This document shows, one piece after another, positions 1-12,539 of a stretch of DNA of 64,000 bases. A program made the translations under genes and the position numbers. The stretch comes from Microcoleus sp. (GTDB lineage Bacteria; Cyanobacteriota; Cyanobacteriia; Cyanobacteriales; Microcoleaceae). A model generated the notes under the pieces. It saw nothing but the letters and a program-made list of their open reading frames with translations. It was not told where the DNA came from and did not search any database. Each line of letters begins with the position of its first letter. The stretch's first letter is position 1. The DNA lies in contig CP181291.1 of assembly GCA_052279835.1 (NCBI GenBank), forward strand, positions 5,792,001 through 5,856,000. Reading direction: 5' to 3'.

Positions 1-163
1 TTTGTTCCGGGGTAAAAGAAACAGTCAGTTTTTTGTGAAGTTGTTCAGCTAAGCCATCTAAAAATTTGACGTAGATTTTGCGAGTTTCCGGTTCACCGAC
101 ACCCAACCCTTGTTTAAGAGTGTAGCTAAATAAATTCAGGGTAGGGTCAACTAATTTGAGCAT
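1..163 (-). CDS. Partial hypothetical protein running off the window edge (MLKLVDPTLNLFSYTLKQGLG...), third gene of the TPR-CHAT cluster
   Basis: Manual translation from ATG (cat at 161-163) is open to position 1; same strand as the two upstream genes. Confidence 0.65.
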   Translation of the reverse strand, partial: MLKLVDPTLNLFSYTLKQGLGVGEPETRKIYVKFLDGLAEQLHKKLTVSFTPEQ

Positions 164-194
164 AAAATCTTTTGTACTTATACAATCATGGAGG

Positions 195-451
195 CAGAAA
201 CCGGGTTTTTTCCCAAAACACCGCATCTAACATTTAACAAGAGTGGACAACCCGGTTTCTTAAATATAGTAGATGGAGGCAGTCCATGACTTAGAAACTA
301 CACTTTTTTCCCAAAACATCGCCTTCAACATTTAAAAAGAGTCAAAAACCCGGTTTCTTGGTCATATCTGCCAGCCCCAAAAGCAGAAACCGGGTTGTCA
401 TAAAAACATTGGATTGGATTCTTCAATCTTGGCAAAAACCCGGTTTCTTGG
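195..451. repeat. Three copies of a ~65-70 bp palindromic dispersed repeat (AGAAACCGGGTT...AACCCGGTTTCT)
   Basis: Inverted ends visible; same family at 31326, 47020, 47935-48630 and 49810. Confidence 0.85.
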
Positions 452-455
452 GTCA

Positions 456-884
456 TCATGAAAACCTCAACCGATAAACCCGTTCCACCAAATCACTAGC
501 CTTTCCGAACAACCGCTTCGCCACACTCTGCGGATTAGAATTAGTCAAAGGAGGCGCCAAAAAATTATTATAATCATCAGTCTGGCGCGGCGGAGTATTT
601 TCATCCAACTCAGCCATAAACTTATTCTTTTCCTCCGACTCATCGAGTTCCTGCAACTCCTCATAAGCCTCATTAAAACACTCAGAAAAAGCCGCATCTT
701 TTTGAGCAATATCAACAAGCAAAGCCACTTTTTGTAACTCACCATTCACCAAAGCCTCGCCAACTTCATTCACTTCAGCTATCAATTCAGGCGAAAGAGG
801 TGCTTCAAATCTCGCGAGGGCGATTAAAAAAGCTTTCGGTGCAAACTGATCGAATCCCGATAAGGTAACTTGTTTAGAAGTCAT
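456..884 (-). CDS. Small acidic helical hypothetical protein downstream of the TPR-CHAT gene
   Basis: 142 aa ORF starting 6 nt after the CHAT gene stop. Confidence 0.8.
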   Translation of the reverse strand: MTSKQVTLSGFDQFAPKAFLIALARFEAPLSPELIAEVNEVGEALVNGELQKVALLVDIAQKDAAFSECFNEAYEELQELDESEEKNKFMAELDENTPPRQTDDYNNFLAPPLTNSNPQSVAKRLFGKASDLVERVYRLRFS

Positions 885-890
885 AATATT

Positions 891-3800
891 TTAGCCGTTG
901 CCGGTGATAGTGAAAGCAGCCCAGTGGTAAGGATGCTCGTAGGGTTTCTCATCTATTTTAGCTAATTTTTTTTGCAGCCGTGAGGCTTCCCTTTCAAAGA
1001 AAAAGATGTTGTCAAACTCAGCCTCTCTCAACAAAGGCAACAACTCGCCCGCATACCACTCACCTAGCTTACCATTCGTGAGCTCTCGGAGCCAATCTTT
1101 GGCTTGTTGCAGCGCGATCGGTGGCTGCATTCCCTGCTTCCATAACTGGTAGAAATAAATCAATAACAAAGCACTAGAACGTTCGTCCACTCGCCACAAA
1201 GTGCTGATAATATAATTAGTCTCCGGCAAAAAGCCACTGGCTATGCCCACAAATTCATCGATTAACTCGCCTTTCTTGGTAATACCAGTTTCGCAAGCGC
1301 TGAGGCAGACTAGGTAATAATCGACTAATTTTAACTGTAAAATGTCGGTCAATGTCAATTCTTCGCCGGTGCCTAAAAATAAGGCGGAATTCTCGGACTT
1401 TTCGGTGTTGTGGTAGGCGTGGCCTGTATAATGAAAGATGCCACTATTGGTTTTTAGTGCTTGAATAATTGCGGTTTTGGTGGCTGCATTGAAGGTGCGA
1501 TTAGTTTGGTTGATTTGGCTGATGGCGGCGGCTTCAATTTGGGTGAATTTCAAGGTGCTTTTGCCTTGGGAGTGCTCTACCATCAGCATGGAATTGGGTG
1601 CAATTTCCGTGGGGTTTTGCTGTTGCTGCTGGATGGCAATTTGAGCGCTGGGTAGGCGGGTAATCGAACGGATTATGGGGGCAACCACGGGGGGATTGCC
1701 CCTACCAGCGTTTCGTAGGGGTAGTGCCCCCGTGCCTACCCCCTCCGTGCCTACCCCACCAGGGTTTCGTAGGGGTAGTGCCCCCGTGCCTACCCCCTCC
1801 ACTGGGGCAACCACGGGGGGATTGCCCCTACCAGCGTTTCGTAGGGGTAGTGCCCCCGTGCCTACCCTCCCCGTGCCTACCCCCTCCAAGGGCAGAAACA
1901 GGGAATCTAGCGGCAACAGGTGCAAGTCGCGGTGGGGAATTAAGATGAGGTGTTGGATATTGGTGAGGTGCGTGCAAATTTCGGGAATTTTCAGGATGTT
2001 AGCGAGTTGTGGCAATTGCGCTGTCATTGACTCGCGCCAGGGATGGGATTCTTTGCTTTGCTGTTTGTTGGTAGTTTGGCAGTAGTTTTGATAGTTGGTT
2101 TTCCAGTTTTCTAGCCATGTTTCTAAACTCTGACTGTCGCGCTTTGCGAATATATCGATGACTGGTGTGGCGATAACTTCAAACTTGTCTGGGGTAATGA
2201 TAAAAGCAGTCAGGGAAACTGGGCTGAGATGCCAGTAAATAATCGCGGTTGCGGTGTTGTTTGCCAGCAAGTCTCGGATTTCGGGATAAGTCGGGCTGGC
2301 GGTGCGGTTGGGGGAAGTTGCGCGCATCCATTGCAGACACAAGTTTTTCCGCGATTCCGCTTTTTCCAGGGCATTTACTTTGTCGCCAGCCTCGACAAGG
2401 ATATCAACTTCTAATTGGTAAAGTCCGACAAATTTGCGCTGGAGTCGCTGTTTGATTTCGGGAACAGCTTCATTGCCTAAAAGTAAGGTTTCTAAGACGG
2501 TGGTAGCTTCGGTAATGTACTGGCTGGTTTTGGCATCTCCCAAGCTGCGGCAGACGGTAATTAAGCCTTGCATTACTTCTAAATAAGTTTCTGGAATCAG
2601 GGGTGATTTCAAGAATTCGCGGGCTTGTTCGTAGCTGGCTTTGGCTTTGTGGAAAGATTCAAAATATGTGAATGTTTCTTTGCCATGTATGTAGTGTGCC
2701 TCGCCTTTTTCGTAGTGTAATGTGCCGCAAGCTTCGCGATAGTCGTGGTTGCTGCGTTGATATTTCTGTAAGCCTTCATCCCAGTTTTGAATAGCTTCAA
2801 TGTAGCGGCCTGAGTTGAAAAATGCCTGACCTCGATTGTCCCAAGCCCTCCAGTATTGATCGCGTGTAATTTCTAAGACTTTCTCGAAAGCTGCGATCGC
2901 CTCTCTGTAGCGACCCAAACCTCCTAGGGTATTGCCCAACCCGTTCCAGGCATAGTGGAATTTGGAGTCAATTTCTAAGGCTTGCTCGTAGGCTGCGATC
3001 GCCTCATTGTAGCGACCCAAAATATTTAGAATATTGCCCAGCCCGTTCCAGGTATTGTGGTATCTGGGGTCAATTTCTAAGGCTTTCTCGTAGGCTGCTT
3101 TTGCCTCACTGTTGCGGCCCAAATCATTTAGGGTAGCGCCCAGCCCGTTCCAGGAAATAGGGTCTTTGGGGTCAATTTCTAAGGCTTTCTCGTAGGCTGC
3201 GATCGCCTCAGTGTAGCGGCCCAAATCTCCTAGGGCATTGCCCAGCCCGTTCCAAGCATAGTGGTATTTGGGGTCAATTTCTAAGACTTTCTCGAAAGCT
3301 GCGATCGCCTCTCTGTAGCGGCCCAAACCTCCTAGGGTACCGCCCAACCCGTTCCAGGCATAGTGGTATTTGGGGTCAATTTCTAAGGCTTTCTCGTAGG
3401 CTGCGATCGCCCCTCCTAAATCTCCTGAATGATAGCGATCGATTCCTTCGTTATATAATTCTTGTGCCTCTTGACTGACTTCTCTTTCTATAGATTTTGC
3501 TTGCGAAGTTGAATCAGATTGGTTAGTAGCAGATGAATTATCCGTAGAAGAAACACTCAAACTCTCCCTTGCCAACAATCTCAAAATATCTTCAATTACA
3601 GCCGATAAATCACCCACTGAATTATCCGTAGAAGAAACACTTCCACTCTCCCTTGCCAACAATGGAGGAACAGTATCTTCGCTTATCTGCGAACTCTCCT
3701 CCACAGGCTTCCGATTCAAACTCTCCCCAGCCAACAATTCCCTACCAATCTTCCCAGCAACCTCACTAATTCTCCCGCAATTCATCTCACCCAGCCGCAC

Positions 3801-4094
3801 CATCCGCCCACCCAATTCTAAATGAGTTTCCGGCGATACCAGCAACCTTTCTCCAAATTCTTGCAGCCAGTTTACCCACTCAGCATCATTGATTTTGCTA
3901 CCGATTAAAAAGCCTTTAATTCCGCCCCGACTCCAGCCTTCTTCAACACCCTCTAACAGTGCCATGAATTTCTGTTCGTATTCCCCAAAAGAGCGAATCG
4001 GAGTTGGCTTGGGCGGTGGCGGTGCTGGTTTGCGGAATCGTCGCTGAATTTGCCGCCACAGGTTGAGGATGCGTTGCCAAATTTGTCGGAACAT
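891..4094 (-). CDS. TPR-repeat plus CHAT (caspase-like) protease
   Basis: 34-aa repeats AWNGLG..L..LGRY.EAIAAYEKALEIDP; CHAT motifs HYTGHAY (His), LSACETG (Cys), STLWRVD and HPYHWAAF. Confidence 0.92.
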   Translation of the reverse strand: MFRQIWQRILNLWRQIQRRFRKPAPPPPKPTPIRSFGEYEQKFMALLEGVEEGWSRGGIKGFLIGSKINDAEWVNWLQEFGERLLVSPETHLELGGRMVRLGEMNCGRISEVAGKIGRELLAGESLNRKPVEESSQISEDTVPPLLARESGSVSSTDNSVGDLSAVIEDILRLLARESLSVSSTDNSSATNQSDSTSQAKSIEREVSQEAQELYNEGIDRYHSGDLGGAIAAYEKALEIDPKYHYAWNGLGGTLGGLGRYREAIAAFEKVLEIDPKYHYAWNGLGNALGDLGRYTEAIAAYEKALEIDPKDPISWNGLGATLNDLGRNSEAKAAYEKALEIDPRYHNTWNGLGNILNILGRYNEAIAAYEQALEIDSKFHYAWNGLGNTLGGLGRYREAIAAFEKVLEITRDQYWRAWDNRGQAFFNSGRYIEAIQNWDEGLQKYQRSNHDYREACGTLHYEKGEAHYIHGKETFTYFESFHKAKASYEQAREFLKSPLIPETYLEVMQGLITVCRSLGDAKTSQYITEATTVLETLLLGNEAVPEIKQRLQRKFVGLYQLEVDILVEAGDKVNALEKAESRKNLCLQWMRATSPNRTASPTYPEIRDLLANNTATAIIYWHLSPVSLTAFIITPDKFEVIATPVIDIFAKRDSQSLETWLENWKTNYQNYCQTTNKQQSKESHPWRESMTAQLPQLANILKIPEICTHLTNIQHLILIPHRDLHLLPLDSLFLPLEGVGTGRVGTGALPLRNAGRGNPPVVAPVEGVGTGALPLRNPGGVGTEGVGTGALPLRNAGRGNPPVVAPIIRSITRLPSAQIAIQQQQQNPTEIAPNSMLMVEHSQGKSTLKFTQIEAAAISQINQTNRTFNAATKTAIIQALKTNSGIFHYTGHAYHNTEKSENSALFLGTGEELTLTDILQLKLVDYYLVCLSACETGITKKGELIDEFVGIASGFLPETNYIISTLWRVDERSSALLLIYFYQLWKQGMQPPIALQQAKDWLRELTNGKLGEWYAGELLPLLREAEFDNIFFFEREASRLQKKLAKIDEKPYEHPYHWAAFTITGNG
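1677..1888. repeat. REP/BIME-like GC-rich palindrome cluster inserted in frame in the CHAT domain
   Basis: Alternating GGGGCAACCACGGGGGGATTGCCCCTAC and GTAGGGGTAGTGCCCCCGTGCCTACCC units. Confidence 0.85.
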
Positions 4095-4124
4095 TGGTTT
4101 TATAGTTGACAGTTGACTGTTGAC

Positions 4125-5261
4125 TTACTTACCACTCAAAAATTTATCAAAATTCGGTATATCAACCCAAGTTCCCGTCGCATGAGACTCCTGAGTCAAA
4201 TCCATCAACAACTGCGAGTAAACCCCTTCCCTCAGAGACGGTATCAAAGATTCACCCCCATCAATTGCTTCTACCCACTTATCTACTACTCTAATAAACG
4301 GTGCAATTCTCCCGTCTGGATAAACTTGAGGAAACTCCAATCTTTGAGGAATTTTGATTTCAGCTAAAGGTTCTGGGCCTTGGGAACCCCACAGGCGAAA
4401 TCCGTGGACATAATCTTGCTGGTTGTCGCTTCCTAAAACTAAAGTCCCCTTACTTCCGTAAATCTCCACCCAGTGTCCCCGCCCTTGATAGGTAACAGAA
4501 CTCAAGCAAACTTGACAAGGGGTGCCGTCTGCTAATTCCAGCATCAAAGTGCAAGAATCATCTGCATCTACTGGTTTTAATTTTCCTGATTCATCAGGAT
4601 CTGGGCGCGCCGAAATTCCTGTGATTAATTGTCCAGAAAGCCTCTTCACTGGACCGAACAGCCAGTTAATATAATCAAAGACATGGGAACCTGTAGCGCC
4701 CAAAACACCGCCCCCTTTATCTTTTTGCGAGTACCAATTCCAAGGGCGATTAGCGTCAGCACGGCTCGATACCAGCCAGTCTATTTTAATTAAACGTTTT
4801 TCTCCCACATATCCTGTTGCTAATAATTCGGCTAGCATTTGCCAAGAGGGGATGAAGCGAAACTCAAAATCCATGGTTGCGATGGTTTTAGCACTTTTGG
4901 ATTCTGGGTTTGTTTGAGATTTATTGGTCAATTTGTAGAGTTCTCTAGCTTCATTTGCTGTGAGGGCGGTGGGTTTTTCTAGCAATAAGTGTTTCCCGGC
5001 TGCCAAGACTTGTTTTGCCATTTCAAAATGCAGAAATGGCGGGGTGGAAATGCTGACTGCTGCTACTTCTGGGATGGCAATTATGTCTTCTATGGAGTTG
5101 CAAGCATAGGGGATATTCTGGCTAGAGGCGATCGCCTGAGCTTTGTCTAAGTTCCGGTGGTAAACAGCCACGACTTCTGTGCGGTGATGGGCTTGGAATC
5201 CGGGAATGTGAATTTTTTGACCGAAACCTGTACCGACTACTGCAACGCCAATTTTAGACAT
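4125..5261 (-). CDS. Gfo/Idh/MocA family oxidoreductase
   Basis: VAVVGTGFG Rossmann motif, [18 protein letters not shown]. Confidence 0.92.
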   Translation of the reverse strand: MSKIGVAVVGTGFGQKIHIPGFQAHHRTEVVAVYHRNLDKAQAIASSQNIPYACNSIEDIIAIPEVAAVSISTPPFLHFEMAKQVLAAGKHLLLEKPTALTANEARELYKLTNKSQTNPESKSAKTIATMDFEFRFIPSWQMLAELLATGYVGEKRLIKIDWLVSSRADANRPWNWYSQKDKGGGVLGATGSHVFDYINWLFGPVKRLSGQLITGISARPDPDESGKLKPVDADDSCTLMLELADGTPCQVCLSSVTYQGRGHWVEIYGSKGTLVLGSDNQQDYVHGFRLWGSQGPEPLAEIKIPQRLEFPQVYPDGRIAPFIRVVDKWVEAIDGGESLIPSLREGVYSQLLMDLTQESHATGTWVDIPNFDKFLSGK

Positions 5262-5271
5262 AATTTAATAG

Positions 5272-5460
5272 TTGGGAATTGGGAATGGGGAATTGGGCAT
5301 CGGGCATCGGGCATCGGGAATTGGGAATTGGGCATCGGGCATCGGGCATCGGGAATTGGGAATTGGGAATTGGGAATTAGTAGTAAATAACCAGTAACCA
5401 ATAACTAATAACTAATGACTAAGGACTAATGACTAATAACTAATGACTAATGACTAATGA
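5272..5460. repeat. STRR heptamer tracts (GGGAATT/GGGCATC, then TAATGAC/TAATAAC)
   Basis: Direct 7-bp tandem repeats in the intergenic region. Confidence 0.9.
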
Positions 5461-6413
5461 CTAACTACCCATTCTATTACTTCTTTACCCAAACTCACCC
5501 CATTAAACAAGTCGATTTCTCTGATCCCTGTAGGACTCGTGACATTAACTTCAGTGAGATAACCGCCAATAATATCAATGCCAACAAAGTACAATCCGTC
5601 CCGTTGTAGCACTGGTGCTAACTGACTACAAATTTGCAGTTCGCGATCGCTAATTTCGGTTTTTGCGACTCGGCCACCCACGGCCATGTTGCCACGAAAT
5701 TCATTGCCGGTGGGAATGCGGTTGATAGCACCGATCGGCTTGCCGTTCAATAATATAATCCGTTTGTCTCCTTCTTTTGCTTCCGGCAGATAAGTCTGAA
5801 CCATTACTGGAACAGTACCTTGGTGAGTGCTAATTTCCACCAGAGAGTTGAGGTTGCGATCGCCCTTTTCCAAAAATAAAATTCCTTCCCCAGCTTTTCC
5901 ACCCAAAGGTTTGAGCACTGCTGCTCCTTTTTTCTCCACAAATTGCCGAATTACCTGCTTACTTTGAGAGACAATTGTTTCTGGGATCGCTCCCTCAAAT
6001 TGCAAAGCGTACATTTTTTCATTCGCATCCCGCAATCCTTTTGGACTGTTCACCACCAAAGTTTTAGCAGGATCGATGTAGTCAAGCAGGTAAGTAGCGT
6101 AGAGGTAAGGCACATTCACTGGGGGATCGGTACGCATAAATACTGCGTCCATTGCTTCTAGAGGCTGCAAAGTTGGTGCTTCTACCTCGTACCAAACCTC
6201 AGCCGCCACCCAACGTCCATCTACCAATTTGACTGGGGTTAGTGTCACCGGACTCAGCATTCCCCAGGTTTTACCACCGATGACGCTTAACTCGTTGGCT
6301 TGAGTCACCCAGACTTCGTGACCCAAAGTTTGGGCTGCTTCCATCAGTGCTACGCTGCTATCATGGCCTGGAATTAGCCTGTCGAGGGGATCGATGATGA
6401 ATGCAAATTTCAT
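5454..6413 (-). CDS. gshB: Glutathione synthetase
   Basis: MKFAFIIDP, MRTDPP, GDKRIIL, RGNMAVGG, EVNVTSPTG. Confidence 0.97.
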   Translation of the reverse strand: MKFAFIIDPLDRLIPGHDSSVALMEAAQTLGHEVWVTQANELSVIGGKTWGMLSPVTLTPVKLVDGRWVAAEVWYEVEAPTLQPLEAMDAVFMRTDPPVNVPYLYATYLLDYIDPAKTLVVNSPKGLRDANEKMYALQFEGAIPETIVSQSKQVIRQFVEKKGAAVLKPLGGKAGEGILFLEKGDRNLNSLVEISTHQGTVPVMVQTYLPEAKEGDKRIILLNGKPIGAINRIPTGNEFRGNMAVGGRVAKTEISDRELQICSQLAPVLQRDGLYFVGIDIIGGYLTEVNVTSPTGIREIDLFNGVSLGKEVIEWVVSH

Positions 6414-6467
6414 GGTCAGTTGGCACTTATGAATTGGTTTGAGTCAAATTCCGCATGAAAATAATTT

Positions 6468-6728
6468 TTATTTTCCTAGCATGGTGTCTAGCTGGCCCAT
6501 ATCTTCTAGTTCGTGGATATCGTCGCAGCCACCTATGTGTTCGTCGTTGATGAATATCTGGGGTAAAGAGCGGCGTCCGTTAGCTCGATCGCTCATTTTA
6601 GCTCGTGCTGCTTCATCTCCGTCGATCGCGTACTCTGTAAACTCCACCCCTTTGCGCTTCAGCAGTGCTTTGGCACGAATGCAAAACGGGCAGGTTCTCC
6701 AAGTGTAAATTTCTACGTTAGGGGACAT
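6468..6728 (-). CDS. grxC: Glutaredoxin 3
   Basis: CPFC active site, LPQIFIND, IGGCDD; adjacent to gshB. Confidence 0.95.
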   Translation of the reverse strand: MSPNVEIYTWRTCPFCIRAKALLKRKGVEFTEYAIDGDEAARAKMSDRANGRRSLPQIFINDEHIGGCDDIHELEDMGQLDTMLGK

Positions 6729-6922
6729 CGGATTTTTCCACCATCACTATATTCTTGAAGTCTAATTTTAACAAATCTTATTTAAATTTTTATATAATAT
6801 TTTCTGCGCTACTGTCGTAATGTGATTTTTTATACTTTTTTTGCGATCCCCCTAAAAACAAAAAATCACCCGTGCTTCAAGGAACGGAGACATTTTTTAG
6901 ACAAGCAGCGCCTTGCACCAGC

Positions 6923-7507
6923 CTAGCGCTGCTGACCAACTTGTTTATTTCGTTTTTTGAGCGAAGTCACGACTCCTGCACCAGTCAGAAGCAGTGCAAT
7001 TACACTACCGGGTTCTGGAATAGAAGTTGAGCTTCTCACCGGTGTGGCTGTGTATATGTTAAAAGTCGAGACCGGACTCTGTATCGGTTCTGGTGCTGAC
7101 ACTGACGGGACTATCGCTGCTGGTGATGGTGATGCTAATGGTGTTGGCTCTGTCAATAGTGGTATCGGGTCTGGTGTAACTACTGCTGCTGGTGATGGGC
7201 TTGGGCTTGGGCTTGGGCTTAGGCTTGGGCTTGGGCTTGGGCTTGGTGAGGCAACGATTGGGTCTGGTGTCGGTGCTGGTGAGGCAACGATTGGGTCTGG
7301 TGTAGTTACTGGTGAGGCAACGATTGGGTCTGGTGCTGGTGAGGCTGTTGTTGCTGTGTCTGGTGCGGGGGTGACGCAGGCACTAGAAAAATTTCCCGGT
7401 CCGCACACGTCTACTGCGGTCGCGGGAGGGGCCACAGCTAGGTAGTAGAACCCTGTCGCGACTGTGGCAGAGATTCCAATTCTTAGTTTTGCCAGGAGCG
7501 TACACAT
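6923..7507 (-). CDS. Pro/Ser/Thr-rich PEP-CTERM surface protein
   Basis: Signal-like N-terminus, (SP)n and PDPIVASP repeats, IPEP followed by TM helix and basic tail. Confidence 0.85.
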   Translation of the reverse strand: MCTLLAKLRIGISATVATGFYYLAVAPPATAVDVCGPGNFSSACVTPAPDTATTASPAPDPIVASPVTTPDPIVASPAPTPDPIVASPSPSPSPSLSPSPSPSPSPAAVVTPDPIPLLTEPTPLASPSPAAIVPSVSAPEPIQSPVSTFNIYTATPVRSSTSIPEPGSVIALLLTGAGVVTSLKKRNKQVGQQR

Positions 7508-7979
7508 AACTATTTAGTTAAACAGTGGTAAAATCGAATTATATCGGATGATACAAGTAGTGCTAAAGATGGGCACTGTCTGGACAAGGATTTTGATTCT
7601 ATTAGAATAAGTTGACGTTGGAGCAAGCGGGCGCTTGTAAAGGCTAATTTAGCGTTTGAGCCGATCGCCCAAAACTAGAATAACTTTATTTTATTTCACA
7701 TTCTGTCAACAATTTGTGATTTACGCCGCTTTGCCACATTTTTTTGGAAATTTTGATTGACTAACAGCTATTACCGCCATCAGCAAAGAGTATTTTTACC
7801 TTGAATAGTGCCTCCTCAAAGTAATGATTTAGGTGGGGGACAACTCACTCAACTACATTGTACTTTGCAATAACCCACTTTGACTACCATTCCATAGTCT
7901 TACAATCACTTAGGGTTTTATCTCAGTATATGTAAGTATTTTGACGGTTGTCAACTACTTAAAACTCATCTTTAAGTAT

Positions 7980-9770
<1,791 letters not shown>

Positions 9771-9952
9771 AACTTTTTCTCCCGATCGCTGTGTTTATCT
9801 AATTATTTTAATGATGCTAAGGGCGATCGTGTTCTGTTGGAAAGAAGGCAGGTTTGCACCGCCCAACCAGCCTGGGGGGTGGAGAAACGGGATTTAGTAG
9901 GATGGTGGAGGATGGTGGGCGATCGGGAAAACGGGCACCTGGAAGTGAAATG

Positions 9953-10056
9953 ATACCACTTCCGGTTGTATCGGAATGATTTAACCGCGAAGGCGCCAAG
10001 GACGCGAAGGAAGAGAAGAGAGTGTTTAATAATTCCGCTGAAGAGAGGATTTTATA
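9953..10056. repeat. ~100 bp dispersed repeat (TCCGGTTG.ATCGGAATGATTTAACCGCGAAGGCGC.AAGGACGC.AAG...AATAATTCCG)
   Basis: Reverse-complement copy at ~27947-28050 and a related copy at ~11941-12010. Confidence 0.75.
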
Positions 10057-10182
10057 GGAGTCCTGGCCGAGCAGGATAATTTGTTTGTGATTCCTGAGTC
10101 CGATCGGTGTGTTGAAGCCATTGTCGCTTAAAATAGTTTTGGTACTTGGTCTGTTGATGAAAGCTCTTAGGATATTCCTAAA

Positions 10183-10446
10183 ATGCAAGCACCTCTGGTT
10201 GTGAAGAAATCAACTAGGCTTTTATGGGGTTAAAAACCTTTACCTGATTGGCTTTGAGGCCTCTTGAACTGGCGAGGAGGTGCTTGCATTTTCACAAAAC
10301 CTAAGCTGTGTAAGCTTTTGAGGGTTGCTGTATGTCTCTGGTTAGTAGGTTTTTTGCCATAATTGCTATCTCCGGCTGCGTTGAGTGGTGGGGTGCTTGC
10401 AAAACTGGCTGGGAGGCCTTGCTATATAAGGGTTTCAGGAACCGCT
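10183..10446 (+). promoter_or_regulatory. CRISPR leader
   Basis: Non-coding stretch abutting repeat 1; holds TGCAAGCACC and two GGTGCTTGCA inverted motifs. Confidence 0.65.
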
Positions 10447-11910
10447 GTGCACAGACCTTTGATGCCGTTAGGCGTTGAGCACAACTCTAGTTGATTGTTG
10501 ACTGTTGACTGTTGAGGTGCACAGACCTTTGATGCCGTTAGGCGTTGAGCACAGCTAACACCAAGTTTTCAATTAGTCTCAATTCAATGTGCACAGACCT
10601 TTGATGCCGTTAGGCGTTGAGCACATCCGTAATTAGAAGCCCGTATGAAGGAACAGTTAGACGTGCACAGACCTTTGATGCCGTTAGGCGTTGAGCACCT
10701 ACTCCCTTAACAAAATAAATGGAAAACCAAAATTGTGCACAGACCTTTGATGCCGTTAGGCGTTGAGCACTACTGAGGTAGTCAGTTCAGACAACTCAAT
10801 CTGGTGCACAGACCTTTGATGCCGTTAGGCGTTGAGCACCGAGTCAAGGAAATTGAGTACAGTTACAGAAAGAGTGCACAGACCTTTGATGCCGTTAGGC
10901 GTTGAGCACGATCTGTAGCTGTCACTTCCTTAGATTTCTTGCGGTGCACAGACCTTTGATGCCGTTAGGCGTTGAGCACGACTTGGAATCTGGATTAAAC
11001 ACCCACTTAACAAGTGTGCACAGACCTTTGATGCCGTTAGGCGTTGAGCACCTCGTAAGTTAACTACAGAAGTTGGCGTATCCGGTGCACAGACCTTTGA
11101 TGCCGTTAGGCGTTGAGCACTTTCTGAACTGCAAGCTGTACCTGGCTGATTTGAGGTGCACAGACCTTTGATGCCGTTAGGCGTTGAGCACTGTTTGTGC
11201 CGAAACATCAAACTCCCAGATAGGGACCGTGCACAGACCTTTGATGCCGTTAGGCGTTGAGCACGCATAGTTTTTGCAATAGCCACAAGCCACTTCCCAA
11301 TAGTGCACAGACCTTTGATGCCGTTAGGCGTTGAGCACTTTTGGGATTGTGGTAGTAACTTGTGGCATTAGTCTGTGCACAGACCTTTGATGCCGTTAGG
11401 CGTTGAGCACTTTGATCTGTCCCGGATATCGCCCAAGACAAAAATGTGCACAGACCTTTGATGCCGTTAGGCGTTGAGCACACGTTAGTCGCGGTGGCGA
11501 CGTTGTTAGTTGCGGTGTGCACAGACCTTTGATGCCGTTAGGCGTTGAGCACATTTTATTGCCAACAAAGGGGACAAGGTTGTTCTGTTGTGCACAGACC
11601 TTTGATGCCGTTAGGCGTTGAGCACCAACGGCATCTTTTTAGCTTGGTCAGCGGCTCAAATGTGCACAGACCTTTGATGCCGTTAGGCGTTGAGCACAGG
11701 AATCTGTTAAAAGGATTGGTAGGTAAAATTAGTGCACAGACCTTTGATGCCGTTAGGCGTTGAGCACATAGACCTATCCTAGTTTTTCAGCCCAATGCGG
11801 AAGTGCACAGACCTTTGATGCCGTTAGGCGTTGAGCACAAGTTCTTGCAGAACACAACCCAACCTATCAATCATGTGCACAGACCTTTGATGCCGTTAGG
11901 CGTTGAGCAC
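10447..11910 (+). CRISPR. CRISPR array of 21 identical 36-bp repeats (GTGCACAGACCTTTGATGCCGTTAGGCGTTGAGCAC) and 20 spacers of ~33-38 bp; type I-B-like repeat; no cas genes in window
   Basis: Repeats counted directly; TGATGCCG.(T/A)AGGCGTTGAGCAC end resembles cyanobacterial type I-B repeats. Confidence 0.98.
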
Positions 11911-12179
11911 ATCAGTATTTATTACTGCGATTTGCACCCCATGATTTAACCACAGAGAACACAGAGAACACAGAGAGAAATGAATAATTCCGATGAAGAG
12001 AGGAATTGATGTTAGGTGTCGATCGCACATTAACAAAAATTCTTACAAAACTTAACACATCATTTACGATCGCCAAATCCTTCTTTGGGCTTGTGTTTGT
12101 TTTGAGCCTATAGACAGATAGCAATATAAAAACTAGATAGTTACTATGATAAGCGAAACATTGTTAAGGAATGTAAAAC

Positions 12180-12392
12180 ATGGAAACTCGTCCTACCAAC
12201 TTACCCCCTAATGCCCTTGCTTACAACGGCAAAGACCGCAACGCTTTCATCTTTGGCTTGAACCCCCAAGCAGAACTTTGGAACGGTCGCTTAGCGATGA
12301 TTGGTTTCTTGGCTTATTTGATCTGGGACTTTGCTGGATATAGCGTTCTACGGGATGTCCTTCACTTTCTGCCTACTTATATTGCTCACTAA
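12180..12392 (+). CDS. High-light-inducible protein (Hli/CAB-like)
   Basis: AELWNGRLAMIGF chlorophyll-binding motif. Confidence 0.93.
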   Translation: METRPTNLPPNALAYNGKDRNAFIFGLNPQAELWNGRLAMIGFLAYLIWDFAGYSVLRDVLHFLPTYIAH

Positions 12393-12539
12393 TAATGAGC
12401 GAACATTTCCAGTCTGGCACTATAGCGAAATATCTATACGGCCAGACTGGCTAACAGTGGCAAACTCCAGTGAAAAACACTCAGCTATTTTGTCCGATCG
12501 ACTACCTCTGAGATTTTGTGCAAAATGGGAGAATGAATA

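Noticed and set aside
6957..7445. 162 aa Gly-rich plus-strand ORF
   Set aside because: Antisense shadow of the Pro/Ser-rich PEP-CTERM gene
9817..10188. 123 aa minus-strand ORF as a small cas or regulator gene
   Set aside because: No recognisable motif and it spans a dispersed repeat
10930..11763. ORFs inside the CRISPR array
   Set aside because: Translations of repeat-spacer units (recurring AQRLTASKVCA)
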